DNA of 64,000 nucleotides from Escherichia coli (GTDB lineage Bacteria; Pseudomonadota; Gammaproteobacteria; Enterobacterales; Enterobacteriaceae): NCBI RefSeq assembly GCF_050320075.1, contig NZ_CP190018.1; one strand, 5' to 3'. Shown piece by piece: positions 37,710 to 47,716 of this stretch (position 1 is its first letter; each line of letters starts with the position of its first letter). The notes under the pieces were generated by a model. It saw only the letters and a program-made list of their open reading frames with translations, ran no database searches and was not told where the DNA came from. The position numbers and the translations under genes were made by a program.

Positions 37710-37967
37710 ATGAAATACAACCTGACATTAAACAAACGAACATTCGAAATTACAGAAAGCGGCTACACACTGGCAAAACAGCTTGCTGATAGCAATTATG
37801 AGCTACCCGCGATTATCAGCTTTCAGGAGTTACCTCATAGTAAAGAACACACACAGCACTGGTTAAATCACCTGAGCCATTTTGGGGTAATTAAGTATGA
37901 GGCTGTGAATAGTCAGACGTTCCGTTTGCTTGAGATAAGCCCTTTCGAATTGTGGGTGGCGCTGTGA
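37710..37967 (+). CDS. hypothetical protein (85 aa)
   Basis: ORF in compact same-strand cluster. Confidence 0.35.
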   Translation: MKYNLTLNKRTFEITESGYTLAKQLADSNYELPAIISFQELPHSKEHTQHWLNHLSHFGVIKYEAVNSQTFRLLEISPFELWVAL

Positions 37968-38170
37968 CCATATTCGATAGCGAATTTTCACAAGAAACCT
38001 TTCTGCAATATTTACGGGAAAGAACGGGAATGATTCTGTTTGATTCTGAGTTTTCCGGTGTGGTAGGTGAGCAATTTTTATATGCTCTTCTCGATAGCCT
38101 AAGTAAACAAGGATTATTGCAGTATACCAAAACTCATATGAAAGCATTCAGAATCGACTCTGTAGCTTAA
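37952..38170 (+). CDS. hypothetical protein (72 aa)
   Basis: ORF overlapping previous gene end. Confidence 0.3.
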   Translation: MGGAVTIFDSEFSQETFLQYLRERTGMILFDSEFSGVVGEQFLYALLDSLSKQGLLQYTKTHMKAFRIDSVA

Positions 38171-38291
38171 AACAAACAACTATCAAACATCTTGAAGGGT
38201 GAAACAATGGAAAGCTTAATATTTTTCTTAGTATTTATGATCGCTTCCTTTTTTAACACTGCAACAAGAAAAACAAAACGAAGGGGAAGCA

Positions 38292-38672
38292 ATGAGCAAG
38301 AAAAAAGGCAAGAAAAACGTAATAACAACTATTGGCGAAGCATGTGATCAGTATGCGTTAAACAATCCTCGCAAATATAATTATGAGCATGATGCACAAC
38401 CAGGCGAGGAATTGATCTTTATACTTGAAGAACCAAGCCCAGAATTAACAGACGAAGAATTATCACTCATTCAAAGTATGGACGGTGTTTACTTTAATCC
38501 GCGCCCACGCAAAACAACGGTTATAGATTCCAGTCTTCTGAAAAGATGGCAGTGTTTGGGTTTTCAGGATATGCACCACTTTAGGGGGTATATGGCTCTT
38601 AACAGTCTGCAATATGCAGGGGTGAGAGAAACCGAATTACTTCTGCTTGATAAAATAAAAATCGACGATTAA
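38292..38672 (+). CDS. hypothetical protein (126 aa)
   Basis: ORF in compact cluster. Confidence 0.35.
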   Translation: MSKKKGKKNVITTIGEACDQYALNNPRKYNYEHDAQPGEELIFILEEPSPELTDEELSLIQSMDGVYFNPRPRKTTVIDSSLLKRWQCLGFQDMHHFRGYMALNSLQYAGVRETELLLLDKIKIDD

Positions 38673-38713
38673 CAGCGTTTGCTGAATATAACCCTTAACA
38701 AAAGGAAAATAAA

Positions 38714-38935
38714 ATGATTAACAAAGCAATTTTAGAGACAACCACTTTTCACGATCTTAAACTTCTTTCTGAATGCTTCATAAGCCTGATTGAACGTGCA
38801 CAGGAAGAAAACGATCTCGGTTTACTCGATGATATTATAGACAACATTGCAACTTATAAAATCCCGCTCACTATTGCTATGAAGAAAGCTCGTGAAGCAC
38901 AACAACAATTAGAACAATCAGAGGAAGTGGCATAA
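38714..38935 (+). CDS. hypothetical protein (73 aa)
   Basis: ORF; its stop overlaps the next start. Confidence 0.35.
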   Translation: MINKAILETTTFHDLKLLSECFISLIERAQEENDLGLLDDIIDNIATYKIPLTIAMKKAREAQQQLEQSEEVA

Positions 38936-39243
38936 TGAGCGAAGTACACAACGTAACTATTGAAATGATGGATCTGGTTATTGATTTACAGAAAGCAGTA
39001 AACGCGGCTCTGACTTTTCCAAGCGAGCTAACCATCACACAGGCGGTTATTAATCTGGAATCGACGCGGGAAGCACTGCAACTACTTATTGCAGCGTGCG
39101 AAGAGAGCGAAGGTGCACAGATTGAAGCTGATGACCTTTCTAATCTGATCATCGTCATTCATGACACCACTGAAATCATGAAAGAAGCGGTAGCAGATCT
39201 GCAACCCCTCATTAATGAATTAATCGATAAGGCTAACAACTAA
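38935..39243 (+). CDS. hypothetical protein (102 aa)
   Basis: Translationally coupled to flanking genes. Confidence 0.35.
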   Translation: MSEVHNVTIEMMDLVIDLQKAVNAALTFPSELTITQAVINLESTREALQLLIAACEESEGAQIEADDLSNLIIVIHDTTEIMKEAVADLQPLINELIDKANN

Positions 39244-39452
39244 TGTCAAAAACTAAACGTGTGCGCCTTCTGGCGCTCACAGAAGAAGGGAAAGCGGGTA
39301 ATTGTTTCACAGTAGGTAAAGTGTATACCGGCTTACTCGACACTTACACCCGCCTGATGCACGTAACCGATGATAACGGTAACGATCAAACAATCGTTTT
39401 AGATGGTAATTGCGTATTTGGTGAGTGGGAACTGACAACCGAAAAAAGTTGA
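39243..39452 (+). CDS. hypothetical protein (69 aa)
   Basis: Translationally coupled. Confidence 0.35.
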   Translation: MSKTKRVRLLALTEEGKAGNCFTVGKVYTGLLDTYTRLMHVTDDNGNDQTIVLDGNCVFGEWELTTEKS

Positions 39453-39471
39453 AAATAATTGCATTTACCTA

Positions 39472-39500
39472 TTGACTTTTACTAACAGAAATGTTAGAAT
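39472..39500 (+). promoter_or_regulatory. near-consensus sigma70 promoter
   Basis: TTGACT - 17 bp - TAGAAT. Confidence 0.5.
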
Positions 39501-39506
39501 AATAAA

Positions 39507-39750
39507 TGTTGGGTTTGGAATCGAAAATAGGTGTTAGCTGGCGTTAATCCTTCTCCCGATTCTAATCCTACACGAAAGCGGGGTAGACCTCAAGGGGTCG
39601 CGCCCTATCTAACCTATCCCGCTTTCCCTTTACAGTGATTTTTTAGAAATTGTTTCCCTCGTTAATAGTTTCATTTTATTTTCCTTATTGCTTTATCAAA
39701 ATTGTGTCTTAAGAATGCAGGGGCTACGGATTTGGCCCCTCATCTTTTTA
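39507..39750 (+). ncRNA. candidate small non-coding RNA (about 240 nt)
   Basis: Strong promoter, internal GAAAGCGGG ... CCCGCTTTC stem, terminator at 39719-39750, no ORF with an RBS. Confidence 0.3.
39719..39750 (+). terminator. intrinsic terminator
   Basis: AGGGGC-tacggatttg-GCCCCT followed by CATCTTTTT. Confidence 0.5.
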
Positions 39751-40253
39751 ACCAACTGCGAAGCATGAAACACTTTCTAAAAACACTGTTTACAGTGTCT
39801 ATAAACCCCGTATAAACAAATAACGGTGTATATCTGTTTCTTGACAACAGTTTTCTACTAAGCTTAAAGCTGAATATGTTTTTGTTTGTTGGTGTTTATT
39901 AAGGTGCCAATCTTAGAACGCGAAAGCGTGGATGATCCCCGAAATCATCTCGGCACCGCCTCCTATTAAAATGAGAATCCAAAAGGTTTGAAAGTTAATA
40001 GGTGATTCCTGAAAGTCTGATCGATGCATCCACATTGTGAAAGACAGCGATTAGCCGTCGCACGAATAACAGGTTTATAGATTCCTCTCCAAAGGGGGCG
40101 ACCTCCTAAGCGCCTACTCCCTGTAAGCCTGTTATTCACCCCTCAAGGGTATATAACAATAAGCAATCTTATTCTTATATGTCCTCCTCTTTAAGTTCAT
40201 ATAAACTGCGATTTAGTAACACTCTATAACATCCTTCAAATGTTGTATTCATA

Positions 40254-40290
40254 AAGCCGGAAGCTTTCCCCTTCCGGTTTTATTTTTATC
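40254..40290 (+). terminator. intrinsic terminator-like hairpin
   Basis: GCCGGAAG-ctttcccc-TTCCGG followed by TTTTATTTTTAT. Confidence 0.45.
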
Positions 40291-40330
40291 AGCACTAAAC
40301 AAGACTGTTAGGAATAAAGGTAAAGCAATA

Positions 40331-40546
40331 ATGCAAAATCTCATTCTAAAGAATGGTAACGAAGAATTGGTTATCACTGATGAAACATTCAATGCTACGG
40401 CTTATATGCTGGGGATCACTCCCACAGAATTGAAAAAACATTGTGATAAGCTTTTTAAGTCTGCTGATGAACAGAAACCTACTATGCAGGATCTGATTAA
40501 AGCAAAAGCAGAACAAATCAAACAATCCAAAAAAGGAAACTATTAA
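40331..40546 (+). CDS. hypothetical protein (71 aa)
   Basis: ORF immediately upstream of capsid-like genes. Confidence 0.35.
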   Translation: MQNLILKNGNEELVITDETFNATAYMLGITPTELKKHCDKLFKSADEQKPTMQDLIKAKAEQIKQSKKGNY

Positions 40547-40548
40547 TT

Positions 40549-40920
40549 ATGGCTATTATTAATATGAGCGATCTGTTTCCAGTTCGCAAATCATTTACCG
40601 ATATCGTTTCATATGCAACTGATGAGTTCGGTTGTGTGCAATCTTTTACCGTTGATCTGGCGGTTGATGTTGAATGCGGCGATCTGATTACCAGTGACGG
40701 CGCTGAATATGTAAGCGGCGGCGATGTTCTTGTAGTTGTGTCTGATGCGGTATCCGCTGGCGACGCTAAAACCGTTAACGTGCTGCGTAGCAATGCCGGA
40801 CTGGTTTGCATCAAGTCCGATGCTCTGAATGTTGAAGGCGCTGTGAAAGAAGCTGCTATTGCTGCCCTGGCTGCAAAAGGTTTCCAGATGGCTGGTTTTA
40901 ACACTGTATTCACATCTTAA
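40549..40920 (+). CDS. head decoration protein-like (gpD-like), tentative
   Basis: 123 aa, Ala/Val/Gly-rich; sits directly before the capsid-like gene as gpD precedes gpE in lambda. Confidence 0.35.
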   Translation: MAIINMSDLFPVRKSFTDIVSYATDEFGCVQSFTVDLAVDVECGDLITSDGAEYVSGGDVLVVVSDAVSAGDAKTVNVLRSNAGLVCIKSDALNVEGAVKEAAIAALAAKGFQMAGFNTVFTS

Positions 40921-40938
40921 TATAAAGGAATAAAAATA

Positions 40939-41967
40939 ATGATTATTGGTAATGAATCCGTCGATCTGGCTCCGCTGTTTAGTCTGCACGACTCTCGCAA
41001 CTTCCTGTTAACTTCTCTCGACTTTACTGATCCGGTAGGTGTGAGTTCTCATAAAGTGGCTGTTAGCCAACTGGTGGAAACTAACGAATCTCTGTTCAAC
41101 AAAGAAACCTCTCGTTTCTCTTCTGAACATAACGTGACTAAACGTGAACAGGGTAAAGAATTTTTAGTAGAGATCCCCTACTTCCTGCGTGAAGATATGA
41201 TTAAGCCGCAAGACGTGCAAGGCAAACGTAAACCAGGCGCTACCGTTGAAGAAACTCTGACAGATATCTACGCGGAATATGTTGCTAAGCACCACATTGC
41301 TTTCCAGCGTACTAAAGAAAGCGTGCTGGCTGCTTCCCTGTTCTCTGGTCGCACTTACACCCCTAAAACTGATGATGTGCTGATCCAGTGGGGCGATCTG
41401 TTTAGTGTTGTTCCGATGACTGCAACCATCGACGCATCAAGCACCACGCCTTCTATGGTGTTCCAGCAATTCGATCAGATGCATACAGACGTTATTACTA
41501 AAGCACAAAGCCAGGCGGCTGCTGTAGAACGTATCGTTGTATTCTGTAAACCTGCTGCTTTCAACGCTATCCGTTACAGTGCTGGCATGGTTAACGCGTT
41601 CCAGTATGCAAGCCCTACCGATGACGCAAACATCGTTTATAGCGTGCGCTCCCTGCTGCCAGGTGTGACTACCTTCACTATTCCTGGGACTAACATCGAT
41701 ATCGTTAAAGTTACTGATCCGCTGCTGCTGGCTCATATGACTTCTGATGCGGTTGCTGTTCCGAAGTTCGCTAAAGGCTCTAACGTCTATCAGAACATTT
41801 TCAGCGCTCCTTCTTCAACGTTCGACCTGCTGAATTCTGGCGCGGCTGAATATTACAGCTATGCGTTTAGCCCAGCACGTAACGACGCTGTAAACGTAGT
41901 TACTGAGAATAGCCAGATGGTTGTAAACCACGGCGTAGGCTTCACTGTACAGATCACAGTAGCGTAA
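40939..41967 (+). CDS. major capsid protein-like (lambda gpE-like family), tentative
   Basis: 342 aa, size and position match a D/E head gene pair; family not verified. Confidence 0.4.
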   Translation: MIIGNESVDLAPLFSLHDSRNFLLTSLDFTDPVGVSSHKVAVSQLVETNESLFNKETSRFSSEHNVTKREQGKEFLVEIPYFLREDMIKPQDVQGKRKPGATVEETLTDIYAEYVAKHHIAFQRTKESVLAASLFSGRTYTPKTDDVLIQWGDLFSVVPMTATIDASSTTPSMVFQQFDQMHTDVITKAQSQAAAVERIVVFCKPAAFNAIRYSAGMVNAFQYASPTDDANIVYSVRSLLPGVTTFTIPGTNIDIVKVTDPLLLAHMTSDAVAVPKFAKGSNVYQNIFSAPSSTFDLLNSGAAEYYSYAFSPARNDAVNVVTENSQMVVNHGVGFTVQITVA

Positions 41968-42120
41968 TAAAGCGTTAATAGTCGTTTCCTGTGCGACTGG
42001 AAATAAAACAGGCAATAAGGGCAAAAGGGATTATTAAACCTGTAGCGCAAATACAGTAAACAATCTCTTTTGCCCTTTTTTCGTTTATACCGTCTATTAA
42101 AATATTGTGAGAGAAAAATC

Positions 42121-42312
42121 ATGAGCGAACAAAACAACAATCCAGTTGAGATCCTGAAAGCTGTTTCCACCTTACCGGAAGATATTCTGAATATCTCTCA
42201 AGTGTGTAAGTTTTTAGGGATCTCTAATACTGCTGTACGTCAAAGAATCTTCACTACTGGCTGCTCAGCTATGGAAGCAGTGCAATACTACGTAACAAAA
42301 CAAAACAAATAA
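42121..42312 (+). CDS. small hypothetical protein (about 63 aa)
   Basis: ATG at 42121 within ORF 42070..42312; possible HTH (LGISNTAVRQRIF). Confidence 0.3.
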   Translation: MSEQNNNPVEILKAVSTLPEDILNISQVCKFLGISNTAVRQRIFTTGCSAMEAVQYYVTKQNK

Positions 42313-42330
42313 AAGGTAAAGGAAAATATT

Positions 42331-44172
42331 ATGGATTTAAACATCTCAACCTTAACAAACAAGGTTGTATTTAAAGTTGATTTTGCATCATTACAGAAAG
42401 CAAGGGACGCAGGGAAGAAATTTCAGAAAGAAATGGAAAACCTAACCAATCCAACATTGAAAGGGAAGAAGGCTAAACGAGCTATAGACGAGGCTCATGA
42501 TCTGGTAAAGGCTCGTAAAGCTGCACAGGCTAAAACTGATGCCAAAGCGTCAGACAAGCAAGCTCAAACCGATAAGAAGAACGCTGATAAGGTGGCAAAG
42601 GCAGAAGCTAAAGCGAAGGCTAAAGCCGCTATAGCTGCCGATAAACAGATCCGCGCTAAAGCGACAATAGCAGAGAAAGCAGAGATTAAGCGCCAGCAAG
42701 CTTTCAGACAGCTTGAAGGGATTAAGAAAGGGCGTATGGGCGACGGTATGGACTCCGCCCAATACTACAAAACGTTGCAATACATCAAAGCACAAACGGC
42801 AGCGTATGAGAAAGGCGCTATTAGTCAGGCTAAGATGAATCACCTGATCCGTGATCGTATCACGTTAGAACGCCGTGCGGCTGCTGTAAAAGCTCGCCAG
42901 GTGGCGGCTGATGGCGGTAAATATCCACATATGGCTAAACAGCTTAAAGGCGGTCATATAGGCGGTGGTGTAGGTGCAATGGTGGGCGGTGCCGCTCTCA
43001 CTGCTGCCACTCTCGGCGGTGCTGCGATATTCAATACCGTAACCGATCAGGCAAGCAAGATCACAGACACTAACCGCAAGGCAAAGGCTGTCAACGTAAA
43101 CACTAACGCCCTGTTAGCACTTAATCAGTACGGCTTAGAACACGGTGTCGATAGTTCCGTAGACCAACGTCAAGACAACCTTAAAGACGTTCAAGAGCGT
43201 TTAGGTGAATCCGTAGGGAATACCAAATGGGACGCTAAGAAAGGTCGCTGGGCTGGCGGTAATGGTGCCGTCGATAACATCCTTAATAAATATGGTTGGA
43301 GTCCTGAACAGATTAAAGGTTTCCAGACTGATCCATTAGGTTTCCTGGGCGCTGTAGTGAAAGAAGGAGAACGCCGTGGACTCTCTGATCAGGAGCAGGG
43401 TCACATCCTTGAAGACCTTGGAAATGATTTACAATATTTCCGTGGTGCTTTCAGTCGTAACGGTGAAGAGCTAAATAAAACCATCGTTAAGATGCAAAAA
43501 GCCAATGCCACCTATGCGCAAGCGGATCTTGACGCTGCTGAACGTCTGCAAGCTGTACAGGCTAATATGAATATGGCCTGGGAAGGTAGTAAGAAAGCTA
43601 TCATGACGGGATTCGGTGAAGAGTTCGACGCTCAGGCTGGTGAAGAGTGGGCGCAAATGTTGAAAGATCTCAATCCTCTGTTTAAAGAACTTGGAAGCTC
43701 AACGGCTGAAATGATGAGCGCCTTTGCTGGTGCTGTATCGTGGCTTACTGCTGCATACCAGAATATAAATCCAGAGAACAAACATGAAAACCTTGATTCG
43801 TCCGGTATGTATTATAAGGATTCGTTTGTAGGCGGCATGGTTGATTGGGGTCGTAGTGCTTTAGGCTTATCGCCTATCCCTGGCACGGAAGACAAGCCAA
43901 CGACTGGCGGAACTGCAATTCAGAACTATTCAAGCCCGTCCGATAACGTGCAATCCCTGAAAGAGAACGTTAGCCGTGATCTGAACACTACCCCATCTAT
44001 GACGTATGCGCCAAGCATTGTCGTAAACGTGCCAGAAAGTAAGGTTGATGTGAATATCGCTCCTGATGGTAGTCAGCTTGGATCATACCTCGATTACAAA
44101 GTGGGAAGTATCCAACAAGATTTTGAACGTAGTTTCACGTTGGCGGCTCTGTCTGGGCAAGCACCAAGTTAA
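42331..44172 (+). CDS. hypothetical protein (613 aa), Lys/Ala-rich coiled-coil N-terminus and Gly-rich hydrophobic segment
   Basis: AKAKAAIAADKQIRAKA-type repeats; GGGVGAMVGGAALTAATLGGAAI segment; scaffold- or tape-measure-like composition. Confidence 0.45.
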   Translation: MDLNISTLTNKVVFKVDFASLQKARDAGKKFQKEMENLTNPTLKGKKAKRAIDEAHDLVKARKAAQAKTDAKASDKQAQTDKKNADKVAKAEAKAKAKAAIAADKQIRAKATIAEKAEIKRQQAFRQLEGIKKGRMGDGMDSAQYYKTLQYIKAQTAAYEKGAISQAKMNHLIRDRITLERRAAAVKARQVAADGGKYPHMAKQLKGGHIGGGVGAMVGGAALTAATLGGAAIFNTVTDQASKITDTNRKAKAVNVNTNALLALNQYGLEHGVDSSVDQRQDNLKDVQERLGESVGNTKWDAKKGRWAGGNGAVDNILNKYGWSPEQIKGFQTDPLGFLGAVVKEGERRGLSDQEQGHILEDLGNDLQYFRGAFSRNGEELNKTIVKMQKANATYAQADLDAAERLQAVQANMNMAWEGSKKAIMTGFGEEFDAQAGEEWAQMLKDLNPLFKELGSSTAEMMSAFAGAVSWLTAAYQNINPENKHENLDSSGMYYKDSFVGGMVDWGRSALGLSPIPGTEDKPTTGGTAIQNYSSPSDNVQSLKENVSRDLNTTPSMTYAPSIVVNVPESKVDVNIAPDGSQLGSYLDYKVGSIQQDFERSFTLAALSGQAPS

Positions 44173-44230
44173 TGATAAAGAGAATGTTTAATCACCATTT
44201 AAAACACTCTTATAAGGAATTAAGCATATA

Positions 44231-44258
44231 AGAGGCTCCCATTACAAGGAAGCCTCTT
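44231..44258. terminator. hairpin between convergent 613-aa gene and integrase
   Basis: AGAGGCTCC-cattacaa-GGAAGCCTCT followed by TTATTG. Confidence 0.35.
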
Positions 44259-44279
44259 TATTGCGCCTATGGCGTTGTT

Positions 44280-45441
44280 TTAAGCCTTAAAATCAATATT
44301 TAATTCATATCTTACTAATTCTACATATTCAGCTAATTCTGGAATGCTTGCCCCTTGTGAGTAGGTGCGAAAGGCTTCTGTTTTAGCTCTCTGCTCTGTA
44401 TGTCCGGTAATGGCACCGATCCGCTGTTCAGGCACTCCGGCACGATCAAGACAAGTGATAAACATCCCGCGCAAGCTGTGAAAGCATTGTCTATTTGTAG
44501 CGATTGGCAAGACGCTACGACGTAAACGTGAGAACGCTTGAGAATAGAACGGGCCTTTCTTACCGTCGATTCTTTTTACTTTGTTCGAGTGAGGGAACAA
44601 ATATTCACCATAATTATGATTTAAATATTCATCGACAATAATCGATAGTCTCGAATGTATCGGAACGTGCCTGATCCCTGCTTTAGTCTTACTTTTGCTG
44701 ATATAAAAACAGCGTATTCCTTCCACAGTTACAACCTCTGACTTTTTCAGACTTGCCAGTTCGTCTAATCTGCATCCTGAAAACAAGCCCATTAAAATAA
44801 TATTTCTGATCTCCGGCTCCGCTGCATCAAGTAGCTTTTGCATTTGTTCAGGTGTAAACGGTTGATAACTCTCGATTGTGCGACGTGCTTCGAGATTATG
44901 ACCGTGAAAAGGGTTACTGTCTGGTATTCCGTCATAACGGCGTTTAGCAAATTCATAGAGCGATCCTAAGCATGTAAGCCAGTTTTGACGAGATTGATCG
45001 GCTGCTCCTCGTTGCTTCTGGTCATCTAAGAATACTGTTACAAGCCGTCTGCCTATTTTCTCAATATGAATATCATCTTTCTGAATGCTTTGTAAAAATA
45101 GCTCAACGGCCCTTGCTGATTTCTGTAGTGTTGAGTATGAACGACGCTCTCTGTAGCATTCGGCGTATTCGTCACGTATTAAGCATAGGGAAGGCGATGC
45201 ATAACCGCGTTTTACGGCTCTTTGCGTGTTTTTATTGGCCCTTGCCTCTGAATGTAAGGATTCAATAGCTTGTTGTAACCTCCTTTCGGGGTTATCAGGA
45301 TTATGTTTCCGCTTTAGTTCCTCCCATTCTAATAATAGATGGTTTCTGAATCTTCTCGCCTCATTCAGATCTCGTGTAGATGTGCTTTTTCTCCACAACT
45401 TGTAAGGGTAAAGATGACGTAAGTATTTAGGAACAAAAATC
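44280..45441 (-). CDS. tyrosine integrase, 5' end interrupted by IS1
   Basis: 391-aa ORF with integrase-like C-terminal catalytic region; the only in-frame start lies inside the IS1 left end (45455). Confidence 0.65.
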
Positions 45442-45496
45442 GGTGATGCTGCCAACTTACTGATTTAGTGTATGATGGTGTTTTTGAGGTGCTCCA

Positions 45497-45772
45497 GTGG
45501 CTTCTGTTTCTATCAGCTGTCCCTCCTGTTCAGCTACTGACGGGGTGGTGCGTAACGGCAAAAGCACCGCCGGACATCAGCGCTATCTCTGCTCTCACTG
45601 CCGTAAAACATGGCAACTGCAGTTCACTTACACCGCTTCTCAACCCGGTACGCACCAGAAAATCATTGATATGGCCATGAATGGCGTTGGATGCCGGGCA
45701 ACCGCCCGCATTATGGGCGTTGGCCTCAACACGATTTTCCGCCATTTAAAAAACTCAGGCCGCAGTCGGTAA
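45497..45772 (+). CDS. insA: IS1 InsA
   Basis: [23 protein letters not shown]... zinc-finger N-terminus. Confidence 0.9.
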   Translation: MASVSISCPSCSATDGVVRNGKSTAGHQRYLCSHCRKTWQLQFTYTASQPGTHQKIIDMAMNGVGCRATARIMGVGLNTIFRHLKNSGRSR

Positions 45773-46194
45773 CCTCGCGCATACAGCCGGGCAGTGACGT
45801 CATCGTCTGCGCGGAAATGGACGAACAGTGGGGATACGTCGGGGCTAAATCGCGCCAGCGCTGGCTGTTTTACGCGTATGACAGGCTCCGGAAGACGGTT
45901 GTTGCGCACGTATTCGGTGAACGCACTATGGCGACGCTGGGGCGTCTTATGAGCCTGCTGTCACCCTTTGACGTGGTGATATGGATGACGGATGGCTGGC
46001 CGCTGTATGAATCCCGCCTGAAGGGAAAGCTGCACGTAATCAGCAAGCGATATACGCAGCGAATTGAGCGGCATAACCTGAATCTGAGGCAGCACCTGGC
46101 ACGGCTGGGACGGAAGTCGCTGTCGTTCTCAAAATCGGTGGAGCTGCATGACAAAGTCATCGGGCATTATCTGAACATAAAACACTATCAATAA
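45691..46194 (+). CDS. insB: IS1 InsB (transposase C-terminal part, expressed by frameshift)
   Basis: Overlapping -1 frame ORF typical of IS1. Confidence 0.85.
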   Translation: MPGNRPHYGRWPQHDFPPFKKLRPQSVTSRIQPGSDVIVCAEMDEQWGYVGAKSRQRWLFYAYDRLRKTVVAHVFGERTMATLGRLMSLLSPFDVVIWMTDGWPLYESRLKGKLHVISKRYTQRIERHNLNLRQHLARLGRKSLSFSKSVELHDKVIGHYLNIKHYQ

Positions 46195-46478
46195 GTTGGA
46201 GTCATTACCCTTTGGCTATGAATAATTCTGATTTGACGAATCCAGAGGACTTATAGATCACTGTCTCCGGTTTAATAACTTGAATATAATCTAATTCTAA
46301 TATTTTAAACGCCTAATGATTTTTCAACACGGGTGTTATTCTGCTTACGCAAAAATTTTATTTTTAATTATATTTCATTATTATTTCATCAATGTATTCT
46401 TTGGATTTTGCTTATAATAATAATGGAAGGGATGATTATAAATGAATGCGTTATTGCATTTACACTCAGGATGAATAT

Positions 46479-47111
46479 ATGGGAAAGATTAAAATTGTAG
46501 TTTCAGATCAGCAGCCGTTTATGATTGATGGGATAATTGGATTTCTCGGACATTATCCCGATTTATATGAGGTTGTTGGGGGCTATAAAGATCTGAAGAA
46601 AGCTATCGCGGAGTGTAACAAATCTGCAGCCCAAATATTTATTTTAGGAGAATTTGCAGGTGGAATGATGGGGTCCGAACTCATAAAATGGGTTAAATCG
46701 CATAAAATAGATGCTCATATTATTACATTTGTAGCAAAAATGCCGTATATTGATTCAATAAAATTGCTTGAAGCCGGTGCGAAAGGATGCGTATGGAAAA
46801 CCAGTCATCCGGCGAAACTAAATCGCGCTATTGATTCGATTAGTAATGGTTACACTTATTTTGATAGTGTACATATGGATTGTGAAAAAATATCTTCAAG
46901 ATATTCCTCTGATAATCAACTTACAAATCGTGAGTCTGAAATACTACAACTCATAGCTGATGGGAAAACAAACAAAGAAATCGCTAATTTCTTGCAGTTA
47001 AGCAGGAAAACAGTCGAAACTCATAGACTCAATATCATGAAGAAATTAGATGTTCACAGTGGTATCGAGTTGATCAAAACAGCTTTACGTATGGGTGTTT
47101 GCACTATATAA
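46479..47111 (+). CDS. ygeK: LuxR/NarL-family response regulator (ETT2-associated)
   Basis: Receiver-like N-terminus and C-terminal LuxR HTH ([31 protein letters not shown]). Confidence 0.7.
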   Translation: MGKIKIVVSDQQPFMIDGIIGFLGHYPDLYEVVGGYKDLKKAIAECNKSAAQIFILGEFAGGMMGSELIKWVKSHKIDAHIITFVAKMPYIDSIKLLEAGAKGCVWKTSHPAKLNRAIDSISNGYTYFDSVHMDCEKISSRYSSDNQLTNRESEILQLIADGKTNKEIANFLQLSRKTVETHRLNIMKKLDVHSGIELIKTALRMGVCTI

Positions 47112-47129
47112 AAAAAAGAGGCTTTAGGT

Positions 47130-47633
47130 TTATTTTGCTAAAGCCTTACGCTTGTCTATTTCATTAAGTCTGGTATATACAACATATATTTTTTTTGCAT
47201 ATTGCAGCCTCTTTTTTTTGTTTTCCATTGCAAAACCCGCGTTATATGTCCCCAGACATTGCCACGTTACCCCACAACGTGAAAAATGATTATATAAAAT
47301 CTCGGTCCCTATTTTAATGTTCAGACAGGGGTTATCTAACAAATCTCGTCCATCTTTTATTATTCCACGTTTTTTTAACATGGGAATGTGCATCTGGTTT
47401 ATCTGCATTAAACCATAATCAACACTCTTTATATTGTTTTTCTTATCCCTGTTTTTGCCGATGCTATCATTTTTTAAATTACTTTCAACAAGAGCGATAG
47501 CTTTGATCAAATTTGGTTCGATTCTGAAAATTGATCCTGCTTCATTAAAGCAAGCGCTACTGGCGAAAGACATTTTTGTAATTAATATAGAAAACATGAA
47601 GATGGATAAGATTTTAACTTTGGGTAAGCGCAT
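47130..47633 (-). CDS. pbl: lytic transglycosylase (IagB/IpgF-like, T3SS-associated)
   Basis: Signal peptide; SLT-domain motifs (ALVESN, GLMQIN); location in ETT2 remnant. Confidence 0.7.
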   Translation of the reverse strand: MRLPKVKILSIFMFSILITKMSFASSACFNEAGSIFRIEPNLIKAIALVESNLKNDSIGKNRDKKNNIKSVDYGLMQINQMHIPMLKKRGIIKDGRDLLDNPCLNIKIGTEILYNHFSRCGVTWQCLGTYNAGFAMENKKKRLQYAKKIYVVYTRLNEIDKRKALAK

Positions 47634-47716
47634 ATATTTTTATGTGTAGGATTGAAGGAAAGGAACGAGATACTAATATATTCAGTATCTCGTTAATCAT
47701 TTAAGTGGTCAATTAT

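Larger units (their letters stand above)
45442..46209 (+). mobile_element. IS1 (768 bp)
   Basis: Left end GGTGATGCTGCCAACTTACTGAT and right end ...CAATAAGTTGGAGTCATTACC; insA and insB ORFs. Confidence 0.9.
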
